The notes: generated by a model from the sequence alone, not told the origin. DNA of 31,874 nt from Gemmatimonadota bacterium (GCA_040905425.1 JBBDRO010000078.1:65075-96948), one strand, 5' to 3'. Counted from the first letter of the stretch, positions 1 through 9,559 are shown. Translations and numbers: made by a program.

Positions 1-74
1 GGTGGCGCCGCCAGCAGCGCGGTGATGGCGGCCAGTGCCGCCAGGATGCCAGTTGCACGTAGCGTTCGCCTCAT
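1..74 (-). CDS. 5' end of a secreted protein gene (partial, runs off window)
   Basis: Minus strand reads GAAGGAG-6 nt-ATG(74), giving MRRTLRATGILAALAAITALLAAPP..., a typical Sec signal peptide. Not in the ORF track. Confidence 0.65.
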   Translation of the reverse strand, partial: MRRTLRATGILAALAAITALLAAP

Positions 75-235
75 GTTCTGCTCCTTCATCCTTGTGGTAC
101 GGCGGCACGCGCATGCCGCCACGATGCCACTCCGGGAGCCGGCCCCTGCAAGATCGACGCGAGGAGAACGTGAAGCGGCCCCGACGGTTGGATGCCGCCG
201 GGGCCGAAGGGGATGCATCGTCGCCTGGAAACGCG

Positions 236-1429
236 CTACTCAGCGCTCCAGAATCCCATCTCGACGCCGCCGTCCACATTGGACGCCACGCGGGTGCCCT
301 CACCCAGCGGCACGCGTACCGGCATGCGGCGGTCCGGCGGCGTCTGCTTGCGGACCAGGTGCGGGTTGAGGTCGTAGAGCACCTCGGGATCCAGACCCGT
401 GCTGGCCGCCAGGTCATCCAGGCTGGTGCCGCCCGGTACGATGACCTGATCGAACTGCAGCGGGGCCTGCGGCTTGATGTCCGTGAAACCGTACTTGGCC
501 GGTTCCTTGGCGATCTTGCCCATGGCCAGCATGAGCGGCACGTAGTCGCGCGTCTCACTGGGCAGCTCGTGCCAGATCTCCCAGTAGAGCGCCTCGTCCC
601 CACCGAGCGAGCCGCCGCGCTCCTTCAGCAGGCGGGCCACGCGGTTCTCACCGGTGTTGTAGCCGGCCGCGGAGAGGTACCACGAGTCGAAGTCGTCGTG
701 CATCTCCTTCAGGTACGTGAGCGCCGCACCAGTGGCCTTCACGGGATCACGCCGCTCGTCCACGTAGCTGGAAACCTCCAGCCCGTAGCGCTCGCCCGTC
801 TCCTCGATGAACTGCCACAGGCCGGCCGCGTGCGCCTTGGAATAGGCGTTCGGGTCGAGCCCGCTCTCGATCATGCCCAGATAGAGCAGGTCCTGCGGCA
901 TGCCGCGGGCGTGCAACTCGTTGGTGATCATGGGGCCGTACTTGCCGACCCGCTCCAGCCACTCATGGGTCCTGTCGTAATTCTTGCCCATGAGGTATTC
1001 CACGAAGAAGTCCACCCGGTCGTGATCCGTGTACTCGATGTCCCAGGTGACGGCCTTCTCCTCGGCCACGTCGCCCTCGTCCGCCACGAGGGGGCCGGCC
1101 GCGGCGTCCTCAGAGGCCGGGCCCATACCGGCGCCGGCCAGCAGCGCCAGGGAACTGGCGGCCAGGCCCAGCGAAACTGTGGTGCGGTTGTCCCGCACCA
1201 ACTGGCCGCTCCTGCGCATGGCGGAGTCCACGGCGGCCACGGTGGCCACGGTGGCGTCCCTGCGACGCCGGCCCTCGCGGGCGCGACGGTCATCGTTGCG
1301 GCGCTCACCGGCGCGGCGCTCCGTACCCCGTAGCGCCTCGGTCGCGCGCATGCCGGTGGCCACGGCCCCGTTGGCTGAGCTGCGCGGCCCGGAACCGTCC
1401 TGGCGGGTGTGGTCGGCGTTTCTATTCAT
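236..1429 (-). CDS. MltD-like lytic transglycosylase (SLT domain plus LysM-like C-terminus), N-terminally membrane-anchored
   Basis: SLT motifs IESG, AAGLWQF, AGYNTGE and ETRDYVP. LysM-like segment SLDDLAASTGLDPEVLYDLNP. RBS GGGAG upstream of ATG 1429. Confidence 0.9.
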   Translation of the reverse strand: MNRNADHTRQDGSGPRSSANGAVATGMRATEALRGTERRAGERRNDDRRAREGRRRRDATVATVAAVDSAMRRSGQLVRDNRTTVSLGLAASSLALLAGAGMGPASEDAAAGPLVADEGDVAEEKAVTWDIEYTDHDRVDFFVEYLMGKNYDRTHEWLERVGKYGPMITNELHARGMPQDLLYLGMIESGLDPNAYSKAHAAGLWQFIEETGERYGLEVSSYVDERRDPVKATGAALTYLKEMHDDFDSWYLSAAGYNTGENRVARLLKERGGSLGGDEALYWEIWHELPSETRDYVPLMLAMGKIAKEPAKYGFTDIKPQAPLQFDQVIVPGGTSLDDLAASTGLDPEVLYDLNPHLVRKQTPPDRRMPVRVPLGEGTRVASNVDGGVEMGFWSAE

Positions 1430-1614
1430 CAACGTAACTCCCTTTCTGTCAACGCTTTGCGGTGATTATCCAGTGCAAGAGCCGTGCTCACGGGGCGGAT
1501 ATGCGGGGCGGCAGTTGGCGGAGAGCGTGAACGGGCGCATTGCCCCGATGATCGGCAGCGCCTACCCTCGTGAAGGATGGGCACGCGCCACGACCCGAGC
1601 GGAGGGATGAACGG

Positions 1615-1833
1615 ATGCTGGAAGGTGACAAGGCTCGCGAACGGGCTGCCGAGGACAAGCGGGTGATGGGCATGGCCGGCCTGGCCACGCTGGGCAGCCT
1701 GGTGACCGGCACGCTGGGCTTCGTGCTGGGCGTCTTCCTCGTCCTCGTCGGTCAGCCGACCGCGGCCGCCGTGGCCCTGGTGGCAAGCGCGCTGGCGTTC
1801 GGCCTGGCCGCCAACGCGCTGCTGCGCAGCTGA
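1615..1833 (+). CDS. Small two-TM hypothetical membrane protein
   Basis: GGAGG at 1601-1605 precedes ATG 1615. Two hydrophobic segments, high-GC3 codon usage. Confidence 0.7.
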   Translation: MLEGDKARERAAEDKRVMGMAGLATLGSLVTGTLGFVLGVFLVLVGQPTAAAVALVASALAFGLAANALLRS

Positions 1834-1909
1834 TCGGCCGGCCAGCCCGTCTCTCCTACCGCGCCATGGGATTCCGGGCGCTGGCACCCGCTCGCGGAGC
1901 GCAGCTTCC

Positions 1910-1934
1910 GGAACCCACCCGTACATATGGTGTT
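1910..1934 (+). promoter_or_regulatory. Candidate ECF-sigma promoter
   Basis: GGAAC-N17-GTT, about 70 nt upstream of the CDS at 2005. Confidence 0.35.
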
Positions 1935-2004
1935 CGTCCTGCTAGCCGGAGCGATCGGCGCGGAGCCGTCGGTCACGTCTTTTTCGACCTAGCAGGGAGA
2001 TGTC

Positions 2005-2556
2005 GTGCGTAGAACTTTCAATCGTATCATCATGGCGGCCCTGGTCGCGCTTATGGCGCCTGCCGCCGTGTCCGCGCAGGGCGGTGGGATGGACCCCACG
2101 CAGCAGCTGCCGCCCGAGGCGCAGGAGCTGATCGCGGAGCTCCAGCAGCTCCAGGCGCAGATCCAGCCCATCCAGCAGCAGGCGCTCGCCGATCCGGAGA
2201 TCCAGGCCGCGCAGGAGAAGCTCGGCGCAGACGTCCAGGAGGCCATGGCGGAGCAGGACCCTGAGGTCCCGCAGCACATCGAGCGGCTCGAGACGCTGAT
2301 CGCCGGCGCGCAGGCCGCGCAGGCCGAGCAGGATCAGACCCGCATGGCGGAGCTGGTGGCCGAGGCGCAGCAGATCGAGCAGCGCCTGCAAGCGGCGCAG
2401 ACCGAGGCGCTGGAATTGCCGGAGATCGCCCCGCGCGTGGAGGCGTTCCAGCAGCAGCTCAAGGACAAGATGGTGGAGGTGGATCCCGAGTCCGAGACGC
2501 TCCTGAAGCGCTTCGAAGAACTGAACGAGCGGCTGGCCGTCCTCATGGGTGGCTGA
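2005..2556 (+). CDS. Secreted Q/E/A-rich helical protein with a two-fold internal repeat (chaperone-like?)
   Basis: RBS GGGAG, GTG start, signal peptide ending VSA|Q, coiled-coil composition. Confidence 0.85.
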   Translation: MRRTFNRIIMAALVALMAPAAVSAQGGGMDPTQQLPPEAQELIAELQQLQAQIQPIQQQALADPEIQAAQEKLGADVQEAMAEQDPEVPQHIERLETLIAGAQAAQAEQDQTRMAELVAEAQQIEQRLQAAQTEALELPEIAPRVEAFQQQLKDKMVEVDPESETLLKRFEELNERLAVLMGG

Positions 2557-2610
2557 CCGACCTCATGATCCGCCGCCGCTGAAGCGGCTGGATCCTGATA
2601 CAGTACGGAT

Positions 2611-2651
2611 GCGCGCCCGGGTGGAATTCCGCCCGGGCGCGCTGCCGTTTT
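2611..2651 (+). terminator. Hairpin, probable intrinsic terminator
   Basis: GCGCGCCCGGGTGG-AATT-CCGCCCGGGCGCGC (14-bp stem, one G-U pair) followed by TGCCGTTTT, downstream of the stop at 2556. Confidence 0.6.
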
Positions 2652-2753
2652 GGCCCATCAGGCGTGCCGGCGCGGCCTCCTGCCGCCGGACGGGGGTGGG
2701 CGCACAGGTGTGCGCGATGCTCGGAGCTTTCGCACCGTCCGCCGCGTGGTTGA

Positions 2754-2781
2754 GCCAGAATATCCTATAGGATATTTTGGC
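2754..2781. promoter_or_regulatory. AT-rich palindrome, candidate protein-binding site
   Basis: AATATCCTATAGGATATT (2759-2776) is a perfect 18-bp palindrome. It extends to 28 bp with one mismatched pair. Confidence 0.5.
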
Positions 2782-2937
2782 GGCAGACCGGGCCGGACCT
2801 TGCGTACGCGCAGAGCGTTCCAGTACCTGCCCCCCCCGGCACCCGTGGTGGAGGAAATCCGCCGCCCGGGCTCACCCCCCCCGCCGACCCACCTCCGCAA
2901 GCACCCTGGCCGGACCGGCTCCGCTTCACCCCACGCC

Positions 2938-3333
2938 TCACCGCCTCCGCGACCTGCCCTTCCCGGATCCACTCACCGTGTCCGCCATGGCGGCGAACGC
3001 TTCCCGCTGCCGGTGAAGGCGCCACCAGAAGAAGAGCGCCACCGCGGCCAGCACGTGCACGATCACGCCGGCCACCAACGACCAGACGTAGAGCACGGCG
3101 CCGAGCACGACCAGGACCAGCGCCGCCCCGAGCAGGCCGAGCGTCCAGGTCCGGATGAGTGCACGGGACTCGGCGGGGGTGCGCTCGGCGAACATCTCGA
3201 TGAGCCGCTCCTGCGTGGCACTCACCTGGCCGAACTGCTGTTTGGCGCGCTGCTTCCGGAGCTGCGGCGGCTCCTTGCCGGGTCGGAACCCTTTCATCGG
3301 CTGCTGCGGTCCCCGTCCACTGTGGCGTGCCAT
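2938..3333 (-). CDS. Hypothetical two-TM membrane protein (131 aa)
   Basis: GGAGG-6 nt-ATG 3333 (MARHSGRG...). This is the C-terminal part of the 680-aa track ORF, whose remainder is antisense to UPF0182. Confidence 0.8.
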   Translation of the reverse strand: MARHSGRGPQQPMKGFRPGKEPPQLRKQRAKQQFGQVSATQERLIEMFAERTPAESRALIRTWTLGLLGAALVLVVLGAVLYVWSLVAGVIVHVLAAVALFFWWRLHRQREAFAAMADTVSGSGKGRSRRR

Positions 3334-3645
3334 GGTGAGCCTCCAGGTGAGTCGTGTGCCCGATGGGGCATTATCCACCGCGACATGCACGCCAGCAAGG
3401 CAGCCGGCGCTCTCTCCTCGGGGATGTGCGCTGCCGCACGCATCGACGCCTGTGCCGCGAACGCTTCGGCCAGTCATCCCGGCGCCGGCGCCGGGATCGC
3501 CTTGGCCGGTCGCCCCGGAGCCCCGCACCCGATACCTTGATGGCACTCGCCCTTCCGGCCCCTCGCGACGCGGCTCCGCCGGAAAGCCCGTTCGCGAGTC
3601 AGCCCGGGGGGACACCTCGACGCGTTCGTGCAACGGTGGTCCGAA

Positions 3646-6387
3646 ATGGCTGACTTCCCCGGTTCCGAGCCCCCCCAGGGCATGCGCCGTCCCATCAACC
3701 TCCAGGACCTGGACCTCGGCAGGCTGGACAGGATGTTCCGCTGGGGCATCTGGTTCCTGGGGATCGTCCTGATCTGGACCGGGCTCACCTGGAGCCACAC
3801 CTTCTACATCGACTGGCTCTGGTTCCAGGCGGTGGGACACGAGGATGTCCTCATCACCCGGATCGTGGCGCAGCTGGCCCTCTTCCTGGTGGCGCTGGGC
3901 GCGTTCCTGGCGCTCTCCGTGCCGAACCTGCTCTACGCCTGGCGCGCCACCCGCGATGCGCCGGCGCTCGCCGCGGGTCTCACCTCCGTCAACTACCACT
4001 TTCTGCGCCGGCTGCTGGTGCGGGTATCGGCGGGCGCGGCCGTGCTCGGCGGACTTATGCTGGCATCCCACCCGGCGGCGGAGTGGGAAACCGTACTGCT
4101 CTTCCTGAACCGCGTCCCCTTTGGCGAGGCCGAGCCGATCTTCAATATGGATTTCGGCTTCTTCGTGTTCACGCTGCCCGCGCTCGAGCTGCTCCGCTTG
4201 TGGCTCATGTCGGCCGTGATCGCGGCGGGCATGATCGTGGCTGCGTTCTACTACCTGACCGCCCGCATGAGGGTGGATCACTTTTCCTTCACGCAGCAGG
4301 CGCGCCGCCAGCTGGCCTTCCTGGGAGCCGGTCTTTTCCTGGTCATCGCGGGCGGGCACTGGCTCGGCCGCTACGAGCTGATGTACTCCCCGACGGGCAC
4401 CGTCTTCGGCGTGGGCTTCACGGACAACTACGTGAACCTGCCCGGGCGCACGCTGCTGGCCTTCGTGGCGCTGGCAACAGCGGGGATGCTGGTCTGGGGC
4501 GGCCTTCGCACCGTCCGCAATCGCATGCTGATCGGTCCGGTGGTGGTCTGGTTCGCCGCCACCCTGATCGTGGGCGTGGCGGCGCCGGCGGTGGTGCAGC
4601 GCCTGGCCGTGGAGCCCAGCGAGCTGGAGCGCGAGCGCGAGTTCCTGGCCAACAACATCCAGTACACCCGGCAGGCGTTCGGGCTGGACAGACTGCAGTC
4701 GCGTGACCATCCCGCAACCGGCGTTATCGACGCGGCCACGGTGGCGGACAACCAGGGCACACTGCAGAACGTCCGCCTGTGGGACGAGAGCCCCCTGCTG
4801 CAGAGCTACAACCAGATCCAGTTCTTCCGCCTCTACTACGACTTCCTGGCCGTGCACACCGACCGCTATCAGGTGGGCGGCGAACTGCGGCAGGTCATGA
4901 TGGCCACCCGGGAGCTCTCCGCGGAGAAGCTCCCGGAGGAGGCGCAGAGTTGGGTGAACCGGCAGCTCCAGTTCACCCATGGCTATGGCGTGGCCATGAG
5001 CCCCGTCACGGAAGTGGAGGCAGGCGGACGGCCCACCTTCCTCATCAGCGACGTCCCGCCGCAGGGTCCCATCCCGCTCGAGCGTCCCGAGATCTACTAC
5101 GGGCTGAAGAGCCTGGACTACGTGATCGTCAACAGTGACATGCAGGAGTTCAACTACCCGGGCACCGACGGCCCGGTATACACGAGCTACCAGGGACAGG
5201 GCGGCGTCCAGCTTTCCGGATTCTTCCGGCGGTTGATGTTTGCGCTGGAATTCGGGGAGTTGAACATCCTCATCTCGGGCGAGATCAATTCGGAGAGCCG
5301 CGTTCAGTTCCGCCGGGAGGTGCCGGAACGCTTCTCCACCATCGCGCCCTTCCTGCTACGCGACCGGGAGGCCTACAGCGTGGTGGCGGATGGGCGGCTG
5401 GCCTGGATCCAGGACGCCTACACGGTAACCAACCGCTACCCGTATGCCACCGGCTGGGGCAGCACCTTCAACTACATCCGCAACAGCGTGAAGGCGGTGG
5501 TGGACGCCTACGACGGCAGCGTGGATCTCTACGTCTTCGAGCCCGACGATCCGCTGGTGATAGCCTACCAGCGCATCTTCCCGGATCTCTTCAAGCCGGC
5601 CGCGGAGATGCCGGCGGAGCTACGCGGCCACGTGCGGGTGCCGCTCGACCAGTTCAGCATCCAGACGCAGATGCTGCTGCAGTATCACATGCAGGACCCG
5701 GTGGTCTTCTACAACAAGGAGGACCAGTGGTCCGTGCCGGTGCAGACGTCGTTCGGGCGCTCCCAGCCGCTGCGGCCCTACTACATCGTGGCGCGGCTCC
5801 CCGGTGAGGAGCGCGAGGAGTTCCTCCTCATCCAGCCCTTCACCCCGGCCAACCGCCACAACCTGGTGGGCTGGATGGCGGCGCGCAGTGACGGCGCGGG
5901 CTATGGCGAACTGGTGCTCTACCGTTTCCCCTCGGGACGCCACGTGGACGGCCCCAGCCAGGTGGAGGCGCGCATCGACAATGACGCCATCATCTCGGAG
6001 CAGTTCACCCTGTGGGGCCAGGTGGGCTCGGAAGTCATGCGCGGCATCCTCCTGGTCATCCCGCTGGGTGACGCGCTGCTGTATGCGGAACCCGTATTCC
6101 TGAAACCCGAGACGCTCGAGTTCCCCGAGCTCCGGCGCATCATCCTGGCGGACGCCTCCCAGGTGGTCATGCACCCCACGCTCGACGCATCCGTGCAGGC
6201 GCTCGTAGGGCAGCTCGATCCGGTGGCCCCACCCGCGGAAGTAGGAGATGTGGGGCCGACCGCGCCGGCGCCGGTCGAGAATCAGACGCTGCAGGGCATC
6301 CGCCGCTCACTGGAGGAGGCCATTCGCAGCCTCCAGCGCGCCCTGGGCCAGATCGGCGGCATGGCGGGGGATACGCTGGAGAGGTGA
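3646..6387 (+). CDS. UPF0182 family membrane protein
   Basis: Family-typical motifs YIDWLWF, FNMDFGFFVFTLP, NVRLWD, FTHGYG, PEIYYG, FNYIRNSVKAVVDAYDG and FYNKEDQW. Multiple N-terminal TM helices. Confidence 0.93.
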   Translation: MADFPGSEPPQGMRRPINLQDLDLGRLDRMFRWGIWFLGIVLIWTGLTWSHTFYIDWLWFQAVGHEDVLITRIVAQLALFLVALGAFLALSVPNLLYAWRATRDAPALAAGLTSVNYHFLRRLLVRVSAGAAVLGGLMLASHPAAEWETVLLFLNRVPFGEAEPIFNMDFGFFVFTLPALELLRLWLMSAVIAAGMIVAAFYYLTARMRVDHFSFTQQARRQLAFLGAGLFLVIAGGHWLGRYELMYSPTGTVFGVGFTDNYVNLPGRTLLAFVALATAGMLVWGGLRTVRNRMLIGPVVVWFAATLIVGVAAPAVVQRLAVEPSELEREREFLANNIQYTRQAFGLDRLQSRDHPATGVIDAATVADNQGTLQNVRLWDESPLLQSYNQIQFFRLYYDFLAVHTDRYQVGGELRQVMMATRELSAEKLPEEAQSWVNRQLQFTHGYGVAMSPVTEVEAGGRPTFLISDVPPQGPIPLERPEIYYGLKSLDYVIVNSDMQEFNYPGTDGPVYTSYQGQGGVQLSGFFRRLMFALEFGELNILISGEINSESRVQFRREVPERFSTIAPFLLRDREAYSVVADGRLAWIQDAYTVTNRYPYATGWGSTFNYIRNSVKAVVDAYDGSVDLYVFEPDDPLVIAYQRIFPDLFKPAAEMPAELRGHVRVPLDQFSIQTQMLLQYHMQDPVVFYNKEDQWSVPVQTSFGRSQPLRPYYIVARLPGEEREEFLLIQPFTPANRHNLVGWMAARSDGAGYGELVLYRFPSGRHVDGPSQVEARIDNDAIISEQFTLWGQVGSEVMRGILLVIPLGDALLYAEPVFLKPETLEFPELRRIILADASQVVMHPTLDASVQALVGQLDPVAPPAEVGDVGPTAPAPVENQTLQGIRRSLEEAIRSLQRALGQIGGMAGDTLER

Positions 6388-6438
6388 GCCGGGGTTCCGG
6401 GAAACGCGATGGAGGCTGAACGGGACGTCGCTTGAAAA

Positions 6439-7719
6439 CTAACGCACGCGGCGCGTCTTCTTGCGGAGGAAATCCCGCATCACATACTCCCCCAGCGTCA
6501 TGGTGTTGGTGAAGTAGGCCTTGCCGCGGGTGAGCTGGCTGACCTCCGCCACGAAGCGCACCAGCAGGGCGTCACGCGCCAGCATGAAGGTGTTGATGAC
6601 AATGCCGCCCTTCCGACAGGCGTTCACCTCACGGAGCGTCTCGCGCACGACCTTCGGGTCCAGCCCCGCCGGATTCTTGTAGATCCGCCCGTCAGGGAGT
6701 GTGACCGCGGATGGCTTGCCGTCGGTGATCATGATGATCTGGCGCATGTCCTTCTTCTGCCCCATGAGGAGGCGGCGCGCCACGCGCAGGCCCTCGGCCG
6801 TGTTGGTGTGGAAGGGGCCCACGCGCGCCTGCGCCAGGCGCGAGAGCGGGATCTGCTCGGCACGATCCCCGAAGGTCACCACCTCCAGCGTGTCCCCCGG
6901 GTACTGCGTGCGGATGAGGTGGCTGAGCGCCAGCGCCACCTTCTTGGCCGGGCCGAAGCGGTCCTCACCGTAGAGGATCATGCTGTGCGAGACGTCCAGC
7001 ATGAGCACCGTGGCGCACGAGCTCCGGTACTCGGCCTGGTGGACCATGAGATCGGGGTAGTCCAGCTCGAGCGGCAGCTCCAGCCCGCCGCGCGCCATGG
7101 CGTTGGTAAGGGTGGCAGGGATGTCCAGGTTGAGCGTATCGCCGAACTGGTAGGGGCGGCTGGCCGCGTCCGCCTCGATGCCGGTGGCCAGGCGCGGCGT
7201 GTCGTGGCTGCCGGCGCTCGAGTGCCCCATGGCGCCGAGCAGGTGGCGCAGCGTGCGGAAGCCCAGGAAGTCCACGCCCTTGCGTGTCAGATTGAACTCC
7301 ACCTGCTCGCTGGCGGCGCGCGCCTCGTCCACCGCGCCGTCCGCATTCATCTCCGTGTGGCCGGCGGGCGCCTGCGGCGTGACGTTCAGGTAGCCCTCCT
7401 CCACCAGCTTCTGCACCAGCTCGTCGAGTAGCTCCGCGATGCGCGCGCGGATCTCCGCGTCGTTGCCCTCCCCGCGCAACTCGGCCAGCATCTCGGGCGT
7501 GAGCTGATCGCTCTCGATGAGCGCCTGCAGGAGCGCCTGCTTCAGGTTGTCCAGGGAGTGGTCATCCTCGTCCCCCGACCAGCCCCACCACGGATGGAAG
7601 TGCGGCCCGCCCTCGAAGCCGCTCTGCAGGAGGAAGTCCGCCATGCGCTCGAGCAGGTCCTGGATGTTCAGCGCGTCCAGGAAGCTGCCCGAGTACTTCT
7701 GGTAGGTGGTGTAGCGCAT
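6439..7719 (-). CDS. vWA domain-containing protein (COG4867-like)
   Basis: MIDAS motif DVSHSM, plus HTNTAEGL and [10 protein letters not shown]. Confidence 0.9.
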   Translation of the reverse strand: MRYTTYQKYSGSFLDALNIQDLLERMADFLLQSGFEGGPHFHPWWGWSGDEDDHSLDNLKQALLQALIESDQLTPEMLAELRGEGNDAEIRARIAELLDELVQKLVEEGYLNVTPQAPAGHTEMNADGAVDEARAASEQVEFNLTRKGVDFLGFRTLRHLLGAMGHSSAGSHDTPRLATGIEADAASRPYQFGDTLNLDIPATLTNAMARGGLELPLELDYPDLMVHQAEYRSSCATVLMLDVSHSMILYGEDRFGPAKKVALALSHLIRTQYPGDTLEVVTFGDRAEQIPLSRLAQARVGPFHTNTAEGLRVARRLLMGQKKDMRQIIMITDGKPSAVTLPDGRIYKNPAGLDPKVVRETLREVNACRKGGIVINTFMLARDALLVRFVAEVSQLTRGKAYFTNTMTLGEYVMRDFLRKKTRRVR

Positions 7720-7885
7720 GGCCGGCTCCCGCTGCGCGTCATGAGGAGGTAAGCGACGTCCCCCGTCCGCTCACCGGCCCGCTGCGCGTGCACGGTTCGG
7801 GCCGGGTTCGTGGGGTGTAGCATACACTCGGGGGTGGGCGGTGGTCCGGCAAGGTGGGGGGCAGTATCGTTCCAGGATCCCGCAC

Positions 7886-8902
7886 TTGGAGGATACTGCC
7901 ATCGCGCACTTCGACGATCCCGCCGCTGGCACGCCGCCCGAACCCCCCACGCTCGCCGTGCTGGTGACCTACCATGAGGAGGGAGCTCTGCTGCGCGAGG
8001 CGCTGGAGTCCCTCCTGGGACAACCGGACGGGCCCGACGTCATCCTGGTCCATGATGACGCCTCCACCGATCCCGCCGCACGCCACCTGCCCGACGACCC
8101 CCGCATCACGCTGCTGCGCGCCCCGTCCAACGTGGGTCCGGCCGTGGCCCGCAATCGCCTGGCCGCCGCCACCACGGCCGACTACGTACACTTCCACGAC
8201 GCGGATGACCTCTTCCTGCCGGACTGGTCCGCCGTCGTCCGGGACGCCCTGTTGGAGGGTCCGGACGTGGTGCTCACCGAGCTGTCCACGATGGGCTCCG
8301 GCGGCCGGCAGGTCACCGAGCGCCTGCTGGGACTGGCCGCGCTCGAGCGGGACGCGGTGGATCCGGTGCGCCACGCGCTCGCGGGAGCCATTCAGCCGGC
8401 GGCCGGAACGTACCGCCGTACCGTCTTCCACGCCGTGGGCGGCTACCGTGAGGCGCTCTGGCAATCGGAAGACCTGGATTTTCACGTGCGCCTGCTGGCT
8501 TCCCGCCCGAGCCTGCGGGTGATCGACCGGCCCCTGGCCGTGCTACGCCTGCGCCCGGAGGGGCGCAGCCGGGCCGACGCGCTCGGGCCGTGGCGCAACG
8601 CGGTAGCGGCCTACCGACTCCTGGCAACGGAACTGGACCCCACCTATCGACCGGACCTGGCGGCGGCCGCGGCGCGGGCGGCAGCCCGCCTGTATGCCCT
8701 GGGTGATGTGGCAGCCGCACGCGAGGCCTTCTGGCTGGCCGAGGAACTGGGACCGCCCCCTTGGGCGGGCCGCGGTCCGCTGTACGCCGCGGTGGCCCGC
8801 CGCTGGGGGGGGCTCAGCGCGGAACGCCTGGCGAGCGCCTATCGCCGTTTGCTGCCCGCGGCCCTGCGTGCCCGGCTGCGCCGCCGGACGTCCGGCGGAT
8901 GA
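7886..8902 (+). CDS. Glycosyltransferase family 2 (start uncertain: GTG 7841, TTG 7886 or ATC 7901)
   Basis: GT-A motifs VHDDASTD, NVGPAVARN, FHDADD and SEDLDF. Confidence 0.85.
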   Translation: MEDTAIAHFDDPAAGTPPEPPTLAVLVTYHEEGALLREALESLLGQPDGPDVILVHDDASTDPAARHLPDDPRITLLRAPSNVGPAVARNRLAAATTADYVHFHDADDLFLPDWSAVVRDALLEGPDVVLTELSTMGSGGRQVTERLLGLAALERDAVDPVRHALAGAIQPAAGTYRRTVFHAVGGYREALWQSEDLDFHVRLLASRPSLRVIDRPLAVLRLRPEGRSRADALGPWRNAVAAYRLLATELDPTYRPDLAAAAARAAARLYALGDVAAAREAFWLAEELGPPPWAGRGPLYAAVARRWGGLSAERLASAYRRLLPAALRARLRRRTSGG

Positions 8903-8952
8903 TGGGGGAGTCGAGGCGGAGCGGCTCGGCGATCACGCCGGATAGGCCAGCC

Positions 8953-8978
8953 TGAAGAAACCGGGACGCTGATACGTT
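8953..8978 (+). promoter_or_regulatory. Candidate autoregulatory ECF promoter, leaderless transcript
   Basis: TGAAGA-N16-CGTT ending 8 nt before the GTG start of the sigma gene. No RBS is visible. Confidence 0.45.
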
Positions 8979-8986
8979 CAGTAATC

Positions 8987-9559
8987 GTGGAGACAACCGA
9001 CGACTGGACCCTGATCGAGCGCTGCCGGGCCGGCAGCACCACCGCCTTCGGGCCGCTCGTGCGCCGCCACGAGGGGCCGGCACTCGTCCTGGCGGAGGCG
9101 CTGCTCGGAGACCCGGACGAGGCGGCGGACGCGGTGCAGGATGCCTTTGTGCGGGCCTACCGCACCCTGCATCGCCTGGAGCGCGGAAGTGGCTTCGGGC
9201 CCTGGTTCCGGGTCATCCTCCGCAACCGCTGCCTGGACGGCCTGCGCGCGGAACACCGCCGGCGGCGGGTGGCCGTGGAGGACGCCGCTTCCAGCCAGGC
9301 GGGACGGGTGGAGGCCACGGCGCTGGCGGCGCTGGAACGAGCCGAGCTGTCGGCGGAGGTACAGACGGCCCTTGCCACGCTGGGTCCCGCGTACCGGCAG
9401 ATTCTGGTGTTGAAGGAGATGGAGGGCATGAGCTACGCGGAGATCGCACGCGAGGTCGGGGTGCCCAGTGGGACCGTGGGTAGCCGGCTGCACCACGCCC
9501 GGGAGGCACTCAAGCGCGCGCTGCTCGCGCGCGCCACGGCCGTGGAGGCGGTGTCGTGA
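8987..9559 (+). CDS. ECF RNA polymerase sigma-70 factor
   Basis: Region 2 (DAVQDAFVRAY, FGPWFRVILRNRCLD) and region 4 (EGMSYAEIAREVGVPSGTVGSRLHHAR). Confidence 0.95.
   Translation: METTDDWTLIERCRAGSTTAFGPLVRRHEGPALVLAEALLGDPDEAADAVQDAFVRAYRTLHRLERGSGFGPWFRVILRNRCLDGLRAEHRRRRVAVEDAASSQAGRVEATALAALERAELSAEVQTALATLGPAYRQILVLKEMEGMSYAEIAREVGVPSGTVGSRLHHAREALKRALLARATAVEAVS

Noticed and set aside
35..1333. 432-aa plus-strand ORF and other long shadow ORFs (e.g. 18775-20301, 19722-21056, 24838-26379, 29488-30855)
   Set aside because: They are antisense or off-frame to well-supported genes, have no recognisable motifs, and are expected in high-GC DNA.
1474..1489. Sigma-54-like site upstream of the transglycosylase (GAGCACGGCTCTTGCA, minus strand)
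   Set aside because: The invariant -24 GG is AG, so the match is suggestive only.
3334..4980. N-terminal ~550 aa of the 680-aa minus-strand ORF
   Set aside because: Antisense shadow of UPF0182. Only the last 131 codons have an RBS and protein-like character.
6439..7719. vWA protein as part of a MoxR/AAA chaperone or defence module
   Set aside because: No AAA ATPase partner lies in the window. It is a common stand-alone family.
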